64,000 nt of DNA from Escherichia phage fDHCT2, in sequence record OR427838.1. One strand, written 5' to 3'. The first letter of the stretch is position 1. Each line of letters starts with the position of its first letter. The translations under genes were made by a program, and so were the position numbers. The notes beneath the pieces are model-generated. The model was not told where the DNA came from, searched no databases, and was given only the letters and a program-made list of their open reading frames with translations. Below, one piece after another: positions 62,586 to 64,000 of the stretch.

Positions 62586-62783
62586 TTAGCATTCGTAAGA
62601 GGAGGACACCCAAGAGGTACCACTAATTGTAATACAACCATTATAAAGCGTGATATGACGTTCCAGGTCACGAACACCGTCGATATAGATATCAGCTTCT
62701 TCGCGTTCTTCTTTACAAATCTGGATAACGTTTTCAATAGCTGCGGCTGCAGTACGGATTGCACAATCTAGTTCACGAGACAT
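62586..62783 (-). CDS. tandem small-protein family member 3 (C-terminal ...WVSSSYEC)
   Basis: 65-aa ORF. Confidence 0.55.
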   Translation of the reverse strand: MSRELDCAIRTAAAAIENVIQICKEEREEADIYIDGVRDLERHITLYNGCITISGTSWVSSSYEC

Positions 62784-62792
62784 AATAATTCC

Positions 62793-63074
62793 TTAACATT
62801 CAGAAGAAGAGGATACCCATCCACCATTTTCTAGGCTGGTAGTGTAATCATGTTGGTTTACAATAGCGTACTGAGCTTCACCGTATTCTTCCCAGTGGGC
62901 CAGGTCAGCTTTCAAGGCGCCAGGAGAATAATAGTCACCGCCCATACCGCGAGCAGGGTATATATTAAAATGAGTCTCATATTTGTTGGCAATTTCCTCG
63001 GCACGACGAATAGCTTTATGGATATCATTTACTGCAGCAGCCAGCTCTTTATTTTTACGGTAATCATTCATCAT
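62793..63074 (-). CDS. tandem small-protein family member 2 (C-terminal ...WVSSSSEC)
   Basis: 93-aa ORF. Confidence 0.55.
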   Translation of the reverse strand: MMNDYRKNKELAAAVNDIHKAIRRAEEIANKYETHFNIYPARGMGGDYYSPGALKADLAHWEEYGEAQYAIVNQHDYTTSLENGGWVSSSSEC

Positions 63075-63083
63075 AGCGTTTCC

Positions 63084-63374
63084 TTAGCACATTGCCGAAG
63101 AGGAGACCCAAGCACCAACTGTAACGACGCCATTTTCAACTTCACCACCATTGTTTTCAATTTCATCTTTAAACCACTGGGAGCATTCATAACCAACAGG
63201 GTAGTATGTACGTCCTGAGCCATAATCACCTGTTCCGAATTGAATACCGTACTTATCGGCAATAGCTTCACATTTGGATTCGATGGTATCCACTTTATTC
63301 AGAAGAGCATAGATAGCCTTTTCTGCAGATTTCTCGTCATTGTATTCAGGGATTTCAATTTCAATTTTATTCAT
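63084..63374 (-). CDS. tandem small-protein family member 1 (C-terminal ...WVSSSAMC)
   Basis: 96-aa ORF. Confidence 0.55.
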   Translation of the reverse strand: MNKIEIEIPEYNDEKSAEKAIYALLNKVDTIESKCEAIADKYGIQFGTGDYGSGRTYYPVGYECSQWFKDEIENNGGEVENGVVTVGAWVSSSAMC

Positions 63375-63757
63375 GATTTACATTCCTTAATAAAGGTTTC
63401 AAGGTCATTACGTTTGGTTTGTTTTACATACTCATTATAATTAGCCATCTCTAAAGCATATCTCTTTTTACGTGGCTTGTTTATCCTATTGGTGTTGATA
63501 ATATCCAAGACCAGAGGGATAAAGTATCCTATTAAAGCTGGAACCCAAATCCAGGCAAGGTTCAATTCAAATAGGTTTTGTGTCGTATCATTAACGACTC
63601 CACCAGCAATTAGTCCAACAAATCCGGCAATCGTACCAGTGACAAGTCCAGCGAATAAAGAAATAGCGATATCATAATCTGCTAATGCGTAACCAGGGTC
63701 GGTTTTACTAGGCTTATACATTTTGGACCTCTTTGGCGTATTCGCGGCATTCAGCAA
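63371..63757 (-). CDS. membrane protein
   Basis: 128 aa; TM segments. Confidence 0.5.
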   Translation of the reverse strand: MLNAANTPKRSKMYKPSKTDPGYALADYDIAISLFAGLVTGTIAGFVGLIAGGVVNDTTQNLFELNLAWIWVPALIGYFIPLVLDIINTNRINKPRKKRYALEMANYNEYVKQTKRNDLETFIKECKS

Positions 63758-63953
63758 TAAAACGATTAAGCTTACGTTGTTGTTTACGACTTTCTAATGT
63801 GTATTCGTTGGCTAAAATAATAAGCTCATCTTTATCGTAGTTTTTGATATCCGAATAACTCGGACGGCGGTCGACCATTCCAAATACATCACCATTTTCT
63901 AAAGCTACATAGCATACTAAATGGTAATCATCGTCTGCCATATTAAGAAGCAC
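63714..63953 (-). CDS. hypothetical small protein
   Basis: 79-aa ORF. Confidence 0.45.
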   Translation of the reverse strand: MLLNMADDDYHLVCYVALENGDVFGMVDRRPSYSDIKNYDKDELIILANEYTLESRKQQRKLNRFIAECREYAKEVQNV

Positions 63954-64000
63954 ACAATCAGCGCTCTCGTTTAAAGAATATACTGAATAACGTAGTCCGG

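Overview
This window reads as the early/middle-gene arm of a T4-like (Tevenvirinae) phage, running from the 5' end of rIIA to the genes downstream of lysozyme e. Almost every gene is on the minus strand and the order matches T4: rIIA, topoisomerase gp39 (fused with gp60, no bypass), dexA, dda, two Mod-type ADP-ribosyltransferases, soc, gp56, primase gp61, spackle, helicase gp41, uvsX, a gp42-like hydroxymethylase, imm, DNA polymerase gp43, regA, gp62/44/45, rpbA, gp46/47, gp55, gp49, nrdC, tk, regB, denV, internal proteins, e and nudE. Identifications rest on reading the translated ORFs against remembered T4 protein sequences and domain motifs; no database search was run. About 25 sigma70-type early promoters (-35 GTTTAC, 17-18 nt spacer, -10 TAnnAT, conserved CTATCAAC-like start region), two MotA-box middle promoters, three late TATAAATA promoters and eight hairpin terminators are visible on the minus strand. 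The most interesting departure from T4 is the interval between uvsX and imm: instead of bgt plus gene 42 it holds a 297-aa unknown protein, the hydroxymethylase, a P-loop kinase, a small HAD phosphatase and a sugar-1-phosphate nucleotidyltransferase fused to a kinase domain, and no agt-sized gene lies between gp47 and gp55. This suggests a phage-encoded activated-sugar pathway for a non-glucose DNA hypermodification, but that is inference. Other points worth a second look are a tandem pair of Dmd-like small proteins, a five-gene tandem family with a conserved W-x-S-S-x-x-C carboxy terminus, a macro-domain protein, recurrent promoter-embedded inverted repeats that would sequester the ribosome-binding site in read-through transcripts, and a plus-strand small ORF where T4 carries oriA/dam. 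No tRNA, CRISPR array or transposable element was found.
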